Origin: the human T2T-CHM13v2.0 reference genome, Homo sapiens
Length of the DNA: 64,000 bases
Direction: 5' to 3' (one strand)
Assembly: GCF_009914755.1 (NCBI RefSeq)
Contig: NC_060932.1
Of the stretch, positions 1 through 15,659 are shown piece after piece. The position numbers and the translations under genes are program-made. Position 1 is the stretch's first letter. Every line of letters starts with the position of its first letter. The notes beneath the pieces were generated by a model. That model did not search any database. It was not told where the DNA came from and was given only the letters and a program-made list of their open reading frames with translations.

Positions 1-29
1 TCGGCATCTGGAGGTCAGGCAGGTTAGGA

Positions 30-575
<546 letters not shown>

Positions 576-731
576 AGAAGGAGAAAGTCATTACAGCCTT
601 AATGTTGAGAAGTACCCAGCCGACTTGGTGTGCATTCTAGTTACATCACCTGCCAGCTATGACATGGAAGGTAAACTGTTTAATATCTTTAACCTTCAGT
701 GTTACAAACTAATTCTAAGACACCCTTAAAC

Positions 732-1035
<304 letters not shown>

Positions 1036-1679
1036 ACATTTTTTTTTTTAAAGTAATAGGATAGCATCTAATAATCAATGCTTAAACAATAACAACCTTG
1101 TCAGTCACCAGACAGGAGAAATTGGGATGTCAGTGCCAGCACATGTGCAGATTCAGGCAAATCTCTAAGTTTAGATCACACAATTTTCAAAGCTAGGAAA
1201 GGTTGGTGATTGTCATGCACTGTGAAGTATTTCTTAGTCAAAAGACAGATATCCAATTAAGAAGGGGAAAGCCACAAGTTTAATAAAACAGGAGATGTGG
1301 AAGGAGCCTCTGTTCTTCGCTGAGCTCTAAATTATACCATCCATCCTAAAGGGGCTAAAGAAATCCCAGGTGGGACATGGAGAACTGCATGGGCACAGCT
1401 GAAAGGGAGCCAGAAACTTTCTGACTCTGTTTTTTAATTTTAATTTTATTATATATATATTTTTTACAATTAGCAGTTGTGCATGGAGACTCTGTGACTC
1501 TGAATATCTAGGCTTCGATTCAAACTTGCGTTATCATCCTGAAGAATAAAGAGGTTATGTTATGAATATGTTCTATATTTTGTTAGGAAAAGCATGACAC
1601 AACAAAACTTCGTTGTGTAAGTTTAATATGTTTTGATGTGAAAAGCTTTTATTGAATTGATGGCTTTGTATACTCGAGG

Positions 1680-1830
1680 AAATACAGTGAAGCAGCCTAC
1701 CTCATAGGATCGTTATGAGAAATTTAAGAAATACCACCATAAGATAACAGCTCTGGAACATTTACTCAATACTTAGTACATAGTGGGCACTCAATAAATG
1801 CTAGGCAGTGTTATCGGTATCTGTTACTTA
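1680..1830 (+). mobile_element. MIR fragment
   Basis: cctacctcataggatcgttatgaga...cactcaataaatgcta. Confidence 0.6.
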
Positions 1831-2949
1831 TATTGTGACCATTGTCCTTGCCAACATCCATCATCCCTATGGATCTGGGGAGCCTCAATGTCCAAACTCA
1901 CTTTCCAGAGCTAATCCTTTCCTTCTAAATGCAACCTTTCTGCCTCCCATTCCTGCGAGGTGTGACTTAGGAGCACAGGGTGGCTCTGCTGATATAAACT
2001 TGACACTGACAAAATGTGTTTTCATCCCCCTAGGTCATCCATCCCTAGCTTAGCTAACACCTCTAGTTCCTATGGGGCGAAAATACTACTCTGGTCCACA
2101 TGCAGGGGTGTCATTTTGGGCCAAAAGACCCTCCCGTGCTCTGCGCAATATGCTCAGCTCCTCCTTTTTTTGCCATGCAATACACATTGCCGAGCAGCTG
2201 TACCTGCAGGGCTGTACAGACCAGACCATCAGCTGTGGCATCGGCAGGAGTTTGATTTGAAAATCAATCTCTCTGAGGTTTCTTCATTTACAAAATGAAA
2301 ATATTAATATTAAATAGGAACATTAGGGAGCCGAAACAAACAGAAGGAAAATACAAGGCCTGGCATGTAGTAGGCGATCTACAGATGTGTGCACGATATG
2401 TGTTGCCTTCAAGCCTATGACACCGCTGGAGGCTATTGACAGTATCAGTGCATCGGTGCTAAATGAATCTGTTTATGGTTCTCATCCATCTCCTGTCACC
2501 TCCATCTCCTCTCACCTGGGCCTTGAAGGAGCCTCCCAATGTCTTTCCCCAGTCTGTTCATCAGACACATCTGAAGCGTCCAGGTCATAGCACTTCCTAA
2601 TGGGAACCCTTCCAGTCTTCCCACTGTGTTAGAGTACAATGCGGACTCCTCACCTTGTCCCGCCATGTCCCAGGGACAGACACACTCATCTCTTTCCTGG
2701 TGGGTGAACATACGAAGTCTTGACCCATCCAGGAGACTCTGCACTTGCTGCTGCTTCCCCTGCCTGGAATTCTCCTCCTTGGGCTCTTCACATACATCAG
2801 CCTTTCTCATTTTCTAGTTCTCAACTTGAGTCTCATGTCTGCAAGGTGGCTTTCTCCAGTTAATCTTGAAACCCTTGCATCCCTCCCCGATTACTTTCTA
2901 CCAACCTGTTTATTCCCTGTGTAAGGCTTGCTCTCACCTGTACTAATCT

Positions 2950-3265
2950 TATTATTTTTTATTTATTTTTAAATTTTAGAAACAGAGTCTCATTCTGTCA
3001 TCCAAGCTGGACTGCAGTAGGTAACAGTGATCACAGCTCACTGCAGCCTCCAGCTGCTGGGCTCAAGTGATCTTCCCACCTTAGCCCCAGAGTAGATGGG
3101 ATGACGGCACATACCATTACTCCTGGCTAATTAAATAATTCTTTTGTAGAGACAGGGGTCTCGCTGTGTTGCCCATGCTGGTCTTAAACTCCTGACCTCA
3201 AGCTATCCTCCCACCTTGGCCTCCCAAAGCACTGGGATTACAGGTGTGAGCCACCACACCCAGTC
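2950..3265 (-). mobile_element. Alu (J-type)
   Basis: Diverged antisense Alu dimer. Confidence 0.9.
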
Positions 3266-3304
3266 ATATCTTATTTTATTGATGATTGATTGACTGATTG
3301 ATTT

Positions 3305-3375
3305 TTAATTGAGACAGAGTCTCACTCTGTCACCCAGGCTGGAGTGCAGTGGCATAATCTCAGCCCACTGCAAAT
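3305..3375 (-). mobile_element. Alu 3' fragment
   Basis: gagacagagtctcactctgtcacccaggctggagtgcagtgg. Confidence 0.85.
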
Positions 3376-5477
3376 TTAGGGTTTATTGTGTGTATCTCTA
3401 CCAGAATCTGAGAGTAAAGGTTTTTGTATCTAGAGCTCCTAGAACAAAAAAAGGGAGGCTAAGGCACAGACTCACAAGGTGGGATGCCGTGGCCCTGGCC
3501 ACTCAGTGACCAGTGACAGAGGTGGGATTCGAACCCAGGCCCAAACGCCACAATCTCCATGCTAAAATCGCACGCTGCAATTGGGGACTGTAGGTGAGGC
3601 CCAGAGATGTTAGGGTTTCTGTCCCAGATAGCAAAATGAGCTTCCTGGGTTAGGGAAGAGGAAGCCTAGAGGAGGAATCAAAAGCAGACTTCTCTAGCCG
3701 AGCTTCATTTCCCTTTTGGGCCAATGCCAACAAGATTGTAGGCACTCAGAAGCTGTGTCATTCACCTGGGCAGCAGCCCTGTGCTGCATCCTAGAGGGTC
3801 AAGAGGTAGAAGATGGACAATGCCAGGAGCCCAGGAGAGGGGTGACTGAAGAATGGCCACCTCCAGTCCTCCTGAGAGCATTCCTATCCCTTAGCCCCGA
3901 TACCCAGCTGGCCACTCCCCAGGTCTTGACACACAGAGGAGCTTTGAAGTTTGAGGAGAGTTTGGGATCCACTTGAAGCTAAGCTAATCACCTTTAAGTG
4001 TCTAGACTTGTTTCACTGTCAACTTGGAGAGAGCATTACACAAAACTCGGCTGTGTTCCATCCTGGTTCCCAAATCCATCTTCTCACCTGCCCCCGTCCA
4101 ACCTGCTGTCTCTGCCCTCCATAAGGACAGGGTCAACAGACACATTTTTATTTCTGGGAAACAAATTCCTACTGACTGGGAGCACGTATTTGGGGTGAAA
4201 ATAAGAAATCACATAGATGTTGGGGATTCAGGAAGGGGACAGGAGGAGGGAAGAAGGATGGAGAGAAGGTAAAGGAACCACAGAGCCTCACACTCCACAT
4301 GGCATGCTACGTGAGCTCCTACAGAAGGAATCCAGCTAGAGTTGGACTTTAGACCTTAAGAGAAGAGAGAAAAAGAGAAAAGAAACCCAAAGCAGCTGGG
4401 ACCATCCAGCCTACCCTTCTCAGAATCTGGCCCCAGGACCAGTCCCAGCCCTCACACCCCTCCCTGACATGACCTCCCCTCCACTAGCCCACCTGCACTG
4501 TGGATGGCTGCTCCACCAGGACGGGGAGGGGCCCGGGATATTGCAGAAAGCCCTCACTTTTGAGCGGCTTCTACTCAAAAGTAGTGGGAGCACCTGAGCT
4601 GCCCCATCCCCAGCCCCCTTCTGCATTCTCCCTCCCAAAGGAAACCAAGGCTCAAGGCAAAGTGACACCTGCCTCTGATGGTCCCTTTCTGGAATGTGGA
4701 GAGAGAGGCATGGAGTTGCAAAGTGTCTTTCTGGATGCAGAGAGATGTGAACTAACCTGACTCATCGTCTCATCCCAAACCAACAGTCTGGCTTCCCATG
4801 AGTTGAAGCAGCTATGCCTTGGCCCACGCCAAGTCCCGGGTTCTGGCTGGGAAAGGAAGTGGAGGATTCACACACGCCCTCCTCCTCCTCTGCCGCCATG
4901 CAGTGAGCAGGGGTCACTCCCCCAGCCGGAGATGTTCAGCCTCCAGCCACCCCGCCTCCTGCCTCCTCCCTCCCACTCAGCTTCTGTTATTTCCCCTCCT
5001 GCTCCCTGACATCCTTCCCTCCTTCTCCCCCTCTCCGTCCCACACCTCCTCCCCTAAGCTGCAAAGAGCAGGGGGAAAGCCCACCAGCACTCAGCGGTGA
5101 GCTCACGGCTGTGCTGTGCTTCTGGCATCTCTGCAGTCTGCACTTGCCCCTCTTTACCCCATCCATTCCCCCCCAGAACTTTTGCCCTTTGCAGGCCCAC
5201 AACGATGCAAAGTGTTGTGCTGGCCACTCCCCAAGCCCACCCAGCCAAGTGTGTCCTGAATAACTGCTGTGCCAAGTAGCCTGTTGGCAGGACTGAGCTG
5301 ATGGGGCTGCACTGTGGGGGAACATTTAGTCATTTCTTCAACAAATATTTATTCAGCATCTGACATGGGCTAAGTACTGTGCAAAATGTAGAGGATCAGG
5401 TGGGGAAGAGGGGAGGGGAGAAGGAAGGAGTATATTTAGTGAATGGTAGATAAAAGCCAGAGAGACAGGGAGGACAG

Positions 5478-5557
5478 GTGTGTGAGTGTGTGTTCATGTG
5501 TGCACGTCTTTGTGTGTGCATGTGTGAACGTGTGTGTGTATACGTGTGCATGTGTGT
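5478..5557. repeat. Degenerate (TG)n
   Basis: Interrupted TG/CA run. Confidence 0.8.
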
Positions 5558-5717
5558 CTACTACTTTAGATGGAGTGGCCAGGAAAGCTTCTGAGAAGAT
5601 GACATTCGAGAAGAGCCAGCCTGATAAAGTGGTTTTGTAAAATGATGCCCTTATCGGGAACAGCATGTGCAAAGAAAGGTGCTGAGGTCTGGATGAACTT
5701 GGGCTTGGTGTCAGAGC

Positions 5718-5915
5718 AGCAGTTCTCAAATGGGGGTAATTTGGCAGGACCTGGAGACAAGACATTTTTGCTTGTCATGATGGGGGTGCTACTGTTATTC
5801 CATGAGTAGAGGCGAGCAATGCTGTTAAACATCCTACAATGAATGCACACGACAGCCCCACGACAAAGAATGATTTCACCCAAAATGTCAACGGTTCTGT
5901 GGTTAAGAAACTTGG
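5718..5915. mobile_element. MER20 (hAT-Charlie DNA transposon)
   Basis: cagttctcaa...ggagacatttttg...aaacatcctacaatg...acagcccc...caaaatgtcaa...gttaagaaac. Confidence 0.75.
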
Positions 5916-6929
5916 TTTGGGGGGAAGAGGAGGAAAATATGAGTTTAAAACCCCAGTTGAGTCACTGATTCAGTGTGACCGTGGACATGCTACGTAACCT
6001 CTCTATGCCTCAGTTTCCTCACTTGTAATATGAAGGCAACCATACTGGCCCTGCCACATGACTTCAGTAGGGAGAGGAAAAGAAGTAGGAGCTTAGAAAC
6101 TATTTTGAAAAGTCCCCATTGCTGGTCATTGTTAGTATTCTTTCTCATTATTATTCCCCAGAAGAGCTCTCTGAGATGCTCTGTTGATTTGAGAAGAGCT
6201 GCGGGGCTGGACTCCCAGGGCAGAAGCTGGCCTGGCCACAGAGGTCTTAGTGCCACTGCCTACCCCACGACCGCCTTGAACTTGGAAGCAGGCGGAGACT
6301 GGGCGGGGAGATGTGGGTCTTCCCTTCACTGGTGCAGAGCCTCGAGGCCCCTCTGGGCTCAGTTTCCAACCACAACACGAGGGTCTGGATTCATTTCAGT
6401 CTTTTTTTTTTTTGAGACCTCTTAAGAATTTAATGAGAGCTGTCAACCCCCTCTTCAGAAAAACGCACCCTCCTCCAACATTTTGGCTCTGACTTCTAAG
6501 GGTTTCCTGACCCCTAATGCCCCTTGATTGACCTAGTTTAAAAACATTCATACATCCTGCTCTGGAGGATAGAACATGAACTTTGGAGAGGAACAAATAA
6601 CGTGGTCTTGGATTACTGACTTCACTTTAACGACTCCCTGCTTCCCTTCAGGAGCTGGAGAGACCATTGGAAGTGAAACTAAAGCAAATGCCTTGCATCC
6701 TCTCAAGGCAGCCCCATCCCTCCACACAGACTCCAGCCTGCAGCCGCTCCAATCCCCAAGAGGTGGGCGGACCTTAGACCACTCAAAGTGGGGCGCGGGG
6801 TGGAAGAAGGGGTCTGGGTGGTCAGAGGGGCAGGCCCTCTGGACTGGCAAGCAGGGCTCAGGGAACAGTGTCTCCCGAAGGCTCGCCTGATGCTCATCGG
6901 ACACCCCACAGGGCAGCTTCCTTTTCCTT

Positions 6930-7450
6930 GTGTTTAATAAATTTTTGAGATATGGAAATATGTACAAAAATAACCCAAGTACCCCGTGCAGAATGGACAA
7001 TTGTTAAAATGTTGCCATATTTGTTTCAGAAATGAAACAAACATCTCAGAGCTGGAGTCCCCATTCCCTATTCCTTCTCCCCACTCCCACCCCTAATCTC
7101 TCTCCCCAGGTGGAAAATTCTCATGATTTGAGTGGGAACATTTTTGGATCATTAAACATATTTTAACGTCTATGAATGCTATATGTTTTTTACTTTACAT
7201 AAGTCATATCATGTCATATATATCATTCTGCAACCTTAATTGTTTTATTCGACCTTTTATTTGATACTTGGGATCCATGCATATTGACAGCATGTAGAGC
7301 TAGATCTTCCCATTTACCTGCTGTGTAATATTCCACCTCATTTCTTTTACTATTCCCTACTTAGATGTTTCCATTCTGTTGCAAAAACCCTCTTATATAT
7401 GATTATTTTTCCACGTATGAAAGCTTTACTAAGATTTATTTTATTGGGGG
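6930..7450 (-). mobile_element. Old L1 (L1M-type) 3' fragment
   Basis: AT-rich antisense L1 3' UTR-like motifs (tcattctgcaacctt, gatccatgcatattg, gtgtaatattcca). Confidence 0.55.
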
Positions 7451-8447
7451 TCTCAGAAGCTGTCAGTTTTTAAAGCCCCGTTCCTTAAACTGTGCAGGAG
7501 AGACGACATCTAGGACCTCTATTAGCCAAGATATCAAAGGAAGGCAGCGGCAGTGAGACAGAGAGCCCCTGAGTCACAGTTGGCTGTGTTACCCTGGGGG
7601 AGGGGAGGAGAAGTTGCTGTTACTCAGAAGAGGGGCACTGGCAGAAATGAGGCCCAGGGAGGAGCCCTGTGACCAGGTGTGGTGAAGGAGCTTTGGCTGA
7701 GCAGAGGGGTTGACCTGCTGCAGGTACAGAGGAGCCCCCTGCTCTGAGGCAGCCTGGAACTCGAGGCACAACCAGCCAGGCAGGACCTCGGCCGTCCTCT
7801 GCCCCAAATGCTTCACTACACCCTGAGGCCAGAGCGGAAAAGGGATTTGCCAAGCTCATATCACAAATTCCAGGCTCCAACCCTTTATTCTGTCTATTTG
7901 ACTAACAGGACAGGGACAACTGGGTTTCATTTCCAGCTGAGGGGAAGAGGGAAACGGGAGAAAGAGCAGCCCCTGATCTACCAGGGCACGTGTGGAAAGG
8001 GGGGATGTGGGGTGTGTACGTGTGTGTGTCAGTTTGTCTGATACAAATGGGAGTTCAGCCTGTTGGGCTCACGGTGCTGCTTGAATCAGAGAGGGTCACC
8101 CTGTGGGTTCAAGTGCTGGGAAGGCAGAGGAGGCTGCAGCTGCTGTCCCAGGTCGGGGAGCAAGCTGTCTGCAGGAATGGCTGGTAGGTTGCCGGGCAGG
8201 GATCAGAGTTCTGCCTGTAGCTCTCTCCTTCCCACTGGGGCGGCATCACCAGCCCAGGGTAATTTCTAATCTTAGCCATGGGAACCACGCCTTCGCTTTT
8301 TCATGCTCAGTTCCATCTGTGCAACCTGGAGCACTTCACACTCACTATTATTCATTCACATTGTCCCCCAGGGTAGCGGCATGGCAGGCATCGTGTTGAC
8401 TGCAGAGAAAAAGAGGAGCAAGGCCTCTCATAAAGAACTTGCATCTC

Positions 8448-8916
<469 letters not shown>

Positions 8917-9067
8917 TCAGCTCCCTTGGCCCTCAGCCTGCACAGCTCTTGCATCATCTAACTTTTCAGGGGTGAAAGTCTGTCACCCCACTTATCTTTA
9001 AACCCCCTTGAAGGCAGATAGCACTAAAGCTTCTTTGTATCACACACAGGGTCAAACACAGTACTAA

Positions 9068-9391
<324 letters not shown>

Positions 9392-9884
9392 CTCAATAAA
9401 TATTTTTAATAAAACCAGCTCATAAGGAGGCACAGGGACTACTGACCTAGTTCACAGAAGGGAAGCTGAGGCTCTGGGAAGGCATGTGACTTAAACTGAG
9501 GTCTCCACATATGCAGATACCGAAGCCAAGTCTATACTACCAGAACCCAAATCTGGTTTTCACTCAAACATTCATCATGTAGACTTTGAGACAACTGGTC
9601 ACCTGGGGGAAGTGCATCCACCCCCTTCCTCAACAACCAATCCTGTTCGGCGTTTTGGACCAAGACAAAAAAAAAAATACAAGGCAGAGTTTCTGTTTTT
9701 GAGGATCTGGTGGAGAGATCTGACAGCTATGTACACCTAAACAAAAAGGGTTTAAAAAGCAGCATGAATTTAACCAAAAATGCAGCTTTCTTAGGAATGT
9801 GCTGAGTTAGAGCCAGTTTGTCTCTGCCCCTAGCATGTGAGCGGTTTTTAATTTTTTCTTTTGTAGGAAAGGAGGTGAAAGTTA

Positions 9885-10210
<326 letters not shown>

Positions 10211-10393
10211 CAGCTACTCTCTTATCCGCCTCACCTCTCAGGCACCCTGGTGGAGGATGCTGTCTGGGCTGTCGGGTCCCCTGGTTTCTGGCATCGTCCA
10301 TCGTCCTTGTGTTCTTTTCCTCCTGCTTCTTTGTCCCCAGGGTGCTGAGAGCCCAAGAGTGTAGACCTGGTCTCCATGTTGGGGGCTGGATAG

Positions 10394-10890
<497 letters not shown>

Positions 10891-13871
10891 AGACCTCACA
10901 CTTGGCACACACTTTACTTGCATGTTTGCATTAGGCCCTAGACAAAAGATCCCAGACCGACGGATCTGCTGTATCATCAGGCATACAATTCAATCTTTCA
11001 GGGTCTCCATTTCCTCATGTGTCAGATAAGCACAGTTGATACCAAAGCCCGGCCACTGTCAGGATTAAATGAAATCACAGATACAAAAAATGCTTGACCA
11101 GTGAGGACAGTACACATGGGATGCACTGAAACCAAAGTGCATGTGAAATTATAGAGCAGTATGGAAAGATGCTAGAATTAGATCCTCGCATTTCTTGAAG
11201 TCAAAAGAGCAGGTCCTTTAGGAAGGACTCCCCACCCCCACCCCCACCCCCACCCCCACTCCCATCTCACCAGGCCTGCCTCTGGGCCTCCAGGAGGGCA
11301 GCTGCTCTTGCAGAGATGTGAGAACAGTCCCCAGGCATCTGCCAGCTGGGGCTGGGGGGCCCAGGCTGCACCAGACTGGTGGGCGGGCCTCCAGCCAGCT
11401 CCCCAGCAGAGGTCTCTCTGGGGCTGAATGGGGCACGTGCCCAGGGCTAATTGACTCCCCTTTTATGATGATTCTCCCCGTTCCCCCTCCCCCCATACAT
11501 ACTCTGCCCGATTCAGCTTTCCTTATCTGGAATTCCTCCTCCTGTTTGTATTCCTTGTCCTTGACCCTTCCTCCCATTTGCTGCTCTAGATGAGGGGGAA
11601 AGGGGTTGGGGGCCAGGGCTGGGGCAGGGGTGAGCCTTTGAGCTAGTTAATCATCTCAGCCCAGGCTGCAAACCTCCCCGTGCTCAGTTTGCAGACGCCT
11701 GAAGGCCTACATGAGCAAAGCTCGATACAGATTTTCTGAGTGAATGCATGAATGAAAAAGAGGCGAGAGTGGAGGAGGAAGGGGGTGGGGGAACGTGGGC
11801 AACATGAGGAGGGGCTGAGGTTGCTGAGGTGCTGGGGGGAGAGGCTGCTGGTGGGTTGGGAGCAGGGGCCCACGCAGCTCTCAATTAAGTGCACTTGGAT
11901 TCCATGGAAAGGCAGAAAGTGAAAGGGAAATCGCTGGCAGGCTGAGTCATTCCATCGGGTCGAACAATCGGAAGCAATTCGGCTTCCCACTGCTCTGGAG
12001 GAATCAAAAGCCACTCTGCCGGGCGGGCTTTTGTGCACAGGTCGTCAGCGTTCAGCTGCCGGGGAGTCTTCCTCCATCCCGGTGGGCAGCTTGTGTCTTA
12101 GCAGCATTGATTGACATTTCTCCCCAAGAACAAGATTACCCACCAATCCCAGCCTGCCCTTCCCCCTTCCAAAAATAAAGCCACAGTTACATGCAAAGCT
12201 CATGCAAATTTCACCCTGCTGCTGTTTGTGCTGCGGCTGGTCCCACGTGAGAGAGCAGAAGGCAGGCTCATCCACATTCATGGCTTGGACCCCAGGGCCC
12301 AAGTGAGCCGGGCACCGCTGGATAAAGGGAGCCTCTTCTGACGACCCGTGATACAGATCTTAAACAGGGGAGTGGGTGCAATCTCCAGAGGAGGGCTGGG
12401 CATCTGGCTAGACTCCCTCCCGTCTTACCTGGAGAGACAGAGACTGCAACCTAGGAGCAGATGGGACTCTGGAGGCCAGCATGTTGGGGGCAGATGGCCC
12501 CCTGCCTGCCAGATTTTTAACACCCAGAGTGGAGACTAAGTGGGCACCCCTGGAAGGTGAATTTAAAGATCCCAGGTCTGAGTCTGAGTGATGAACCGAC
12601 ATGAACCAACAGGGCCTTGGACAGAGACTGAAACATAGGTTTTACCCATTGATCAAGTCGGTATTCTGAGGCCAAGTTCAGGTTCAGTACGGAAGAATCA
12701 ATGGAAACTGAGCGATGGCATGCATGGGCAAGGAGAAGGGGAGTGGAGCTGCTGTGAGCTCCCTAGGCAGGTTGACACCTGGTTAGCCTTTGGCAAATCC
12801 GACAACCCTAAATTGGATGGGAACTCTCTCAGCAGATCTCTGACTTTGTGGGATGCCTTTGTACCTCCCCTCTCTCCAAAATTCTGATCTTCCTTCACTG
12901 TCCCCAGGTCCACACTGTGGTCCTCTTCACTCTCTAGACCAGGGTCTTCCATGGAGGGAAGTGCAGCAGGTGCACGACTCTCCATTTCATGCCAGGAGAT
13001 GGGATGGGCATGGGAGCCTCTCACTAACGGGCACCCTCAAGCAGAAAGAGGGTGTTGGGGCCCCTTCAGGGCATTACAGAGGTACCCACCTCCTTACTCC
13101 ATCTATGCCTGAGGCCCTTCCTGAGTGGGCAAGACCAGGCATCCCAGGCAGTCAAATGCATTGGCACCAGATCACAGATGGAACCACAGAATGGAGAAAA
13201 GCTGTTAAGGCCAGCGATGCTTCAGTGCGCCGCGAGGCCCACAGAGCGTAGGTGGCATGTCCTAGGCCACTCAGCAAGGCAGGGGCAGAGCTGGGCTGGA
13301 AGCCTGACCCCCCAGCTCCCTCTCCAGTGCTTTCCTCTTACATCGTTCTTCCACAACAGAGCAGGAAGGAGGCATAGGTGGAGGGGGAAGAGCATTCTAT
13401 GCTGAGAGGCGCTGCTACAAAAATACTCCCATCAGACCAAGGATGAAGCCAAGTCCCCCACCCTGCACCCCAGCAGCCTGCAGCTTCCCGTGTCATCAGC
13501 CATCAACAGCAGCTGAGGGCAGGTGATAAGTGCTGTCTTTCCAGGGAAAATTAAGGGAACTTTGGAGCTTGTGAGTTTGGATGGGGCAAGAGTATGGCGA
13601 AGGACAGAGGTGGCAAGACAGAGTAGAAAGAAGCAGGAAGGCCGGAAAGCCCTCTGCCACCTCTGCCATACCCGGGAGGGCTTTGGTATGGACAGGGAAG
13701 AGGGAGAACTTAGGACAAAAGGCGCAGACTCCTCCAGGAGGTGGGCAGGTGTGGGACAGGAGGAAGGGTGGGGGAAACACAGTACAAGTCTTAAAGACAC
13801 TCCCTCCCCTTCTGGCCTTACCCCTCACCCCTACTTCAGTAGGGCTCATCTTTTAGATGCACCGAGTGTGT

Positions 13872-13874
<3 letters not shown>

Positions 13875-13913
<39 letters not shown>

Positions 13914-13921
13914 TGTGTGTG
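13875..13921. repeat. (TG)n microsatellite
   Basis: About 18 perfect TG units plus interrupted tail. Confidence 0.95.
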
Positions 13922-15659
13922 GAGAGGGAAGGGGTGGAACAGGGAGACCTGGTTGATTTCACATTTCTGGGTTTCGGAACCCAGAAAGGATTGGAATTGA
14001 GGAAGCCCCAGCAGGAAGCACAGCTCAGATTCCTGACTTTGGGTGCTGGAAATGACCTGGCGTGGCACGAAGAGTTTAACCTGGTCCCTCAGGGAGGGCA
14101 GCTTTGGGTACCTGGCACTGTCTGTGTGTGCCTGAGTGTATTTTTGTGTGCTCAACAGCATGGGAGTCTGTGTGCACAAGCCAGGAAGCCTGTGGCCATT
14201 CCCAACGAGTCTCTACCTGTCCTGAGTTAAAGCTCTCTTGGTACCCTTTGATGTGTCTGGCTGAGGAATTTTGACTTCTGTGTCACCTCTGCCCTGATTC
14301 CTCAAGCTCCTTGCCTCCTCCTGCAAGGCTTCTCAGTGAACTAGAGCCTCACATTTAGCCCAGGAGCCGCTGAGCCTGGGTTGAGCATCCGGCCATGTTT
14401 CCACTCTCCTGGAGTCTGTGGACCCCACAGCCCCTGACAGTGAGATAATTAACCTCTTGTTGGAAGCCCAGGGCTCCTGCAGTGTTGACCCCCAGCTGCC
14501 ACCTAAGTCCCTCAGCTGTGCCCCCTCTGTCTCCATGAACCTTCCTGGTGAGTGTTACCAGCAGCAAGGCCAGAGGTGCTTAAAGAGGCTCCGAAGAGCC
14601 ACCTGTAGATGCTCGGGGTCACTCCCACTTTGCTTCTGAACCTCCTTGCCCTTCTGGCCCCGGTGACGCTGAGTGACTCATAGGCCCCACTTGCCATCCT
14701 CTCGGTTCTTTCCCACCTACTCTTCCCTCTGCCAGGAACAACCTCCCTGACCGCGGCTGCTTCACCAGTGCAGGGATGGTGGAAAAGCGCCTCTCCCTCC
14801 CCCTTGCCTTCCTTGACTGTGTCTGAATAAAGCAATGCCAGTCCTATGCTCTGTTAAGAATTCAAACCCAAGACTATGCATTTCCATTGCCTGTGGTTTG
14901 GTGGGTGCACAGCGGCTGCTGGACAGACTAGCCATAGGCGAGCCAGGTGAAAGCAGGGCCGGGGCCTGGCTTGATGTGCCTGGTGGGGCAGCCGCAGCTG
15001 GGGGTCACCTCCCAGTATATGTGTCAGCACAAGCTTTGACAGGTAGAAAGAACAGCCACTGGAGGGGTGAGCTGCTGGGAGCACCTGTGCATTTTTTCAA
15101 TATTCACAAGTACTTATTGAACATTTATTGTGCACAGTCTCCATCAGGGCCCTGTAGGCATAGCACTGAGCAGAACAGAATCTGCCTTAATAGAATCATG
15201 TCATGAATCATGTCAGACAGTGAACACATTTAACTTGGCATTCAAGGTCCGATGCAATCTAAGCCCAACCTGTCTTCCCAGGTCATCTCCCACTATTTCA
15301 GGCTAGAATGACTGGGCCTGCTTCTTGACTGATCCACGATGTGCAGCTGCTGATACTCTGGGTCGCATCTGACCTCCAGAGTGACCTTACTGGTGTCCCT
15401 TGACCACCCTCAAGGGCCTGTCTTGCTTTTTTCCTCCCCTGTGGCTTTGCTCATGCCCAATTCTCCCTTCTGAGCCTGACCCCCCTTCCCAGATCAGGTC
15501 CTCATTGGTTTTCCCTGCTGGGTGGTCTTTGTATTTTGAAGTGGTGCCTTTGTCCACTAGATATGGAACTCTTTTTTGAGCCCAGATGCCGATGGGGACC
15601 CTAGAATCAAGACCCCCTAGCTGCCCTGTGCTTCTCCTGCTCCCTGTTGCATTTCTCAA

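Noticed and set aside
11285-11303. CTCF-like motif
   Set aside because: Only a partial match to the core; cannot be supported without a PWM scan or ChIP data
13523-14230. 235-aa ORF
   Set aside because: Runs through a (TG)n microsatellite (CVCVCV); non-ATG start; no homology evident
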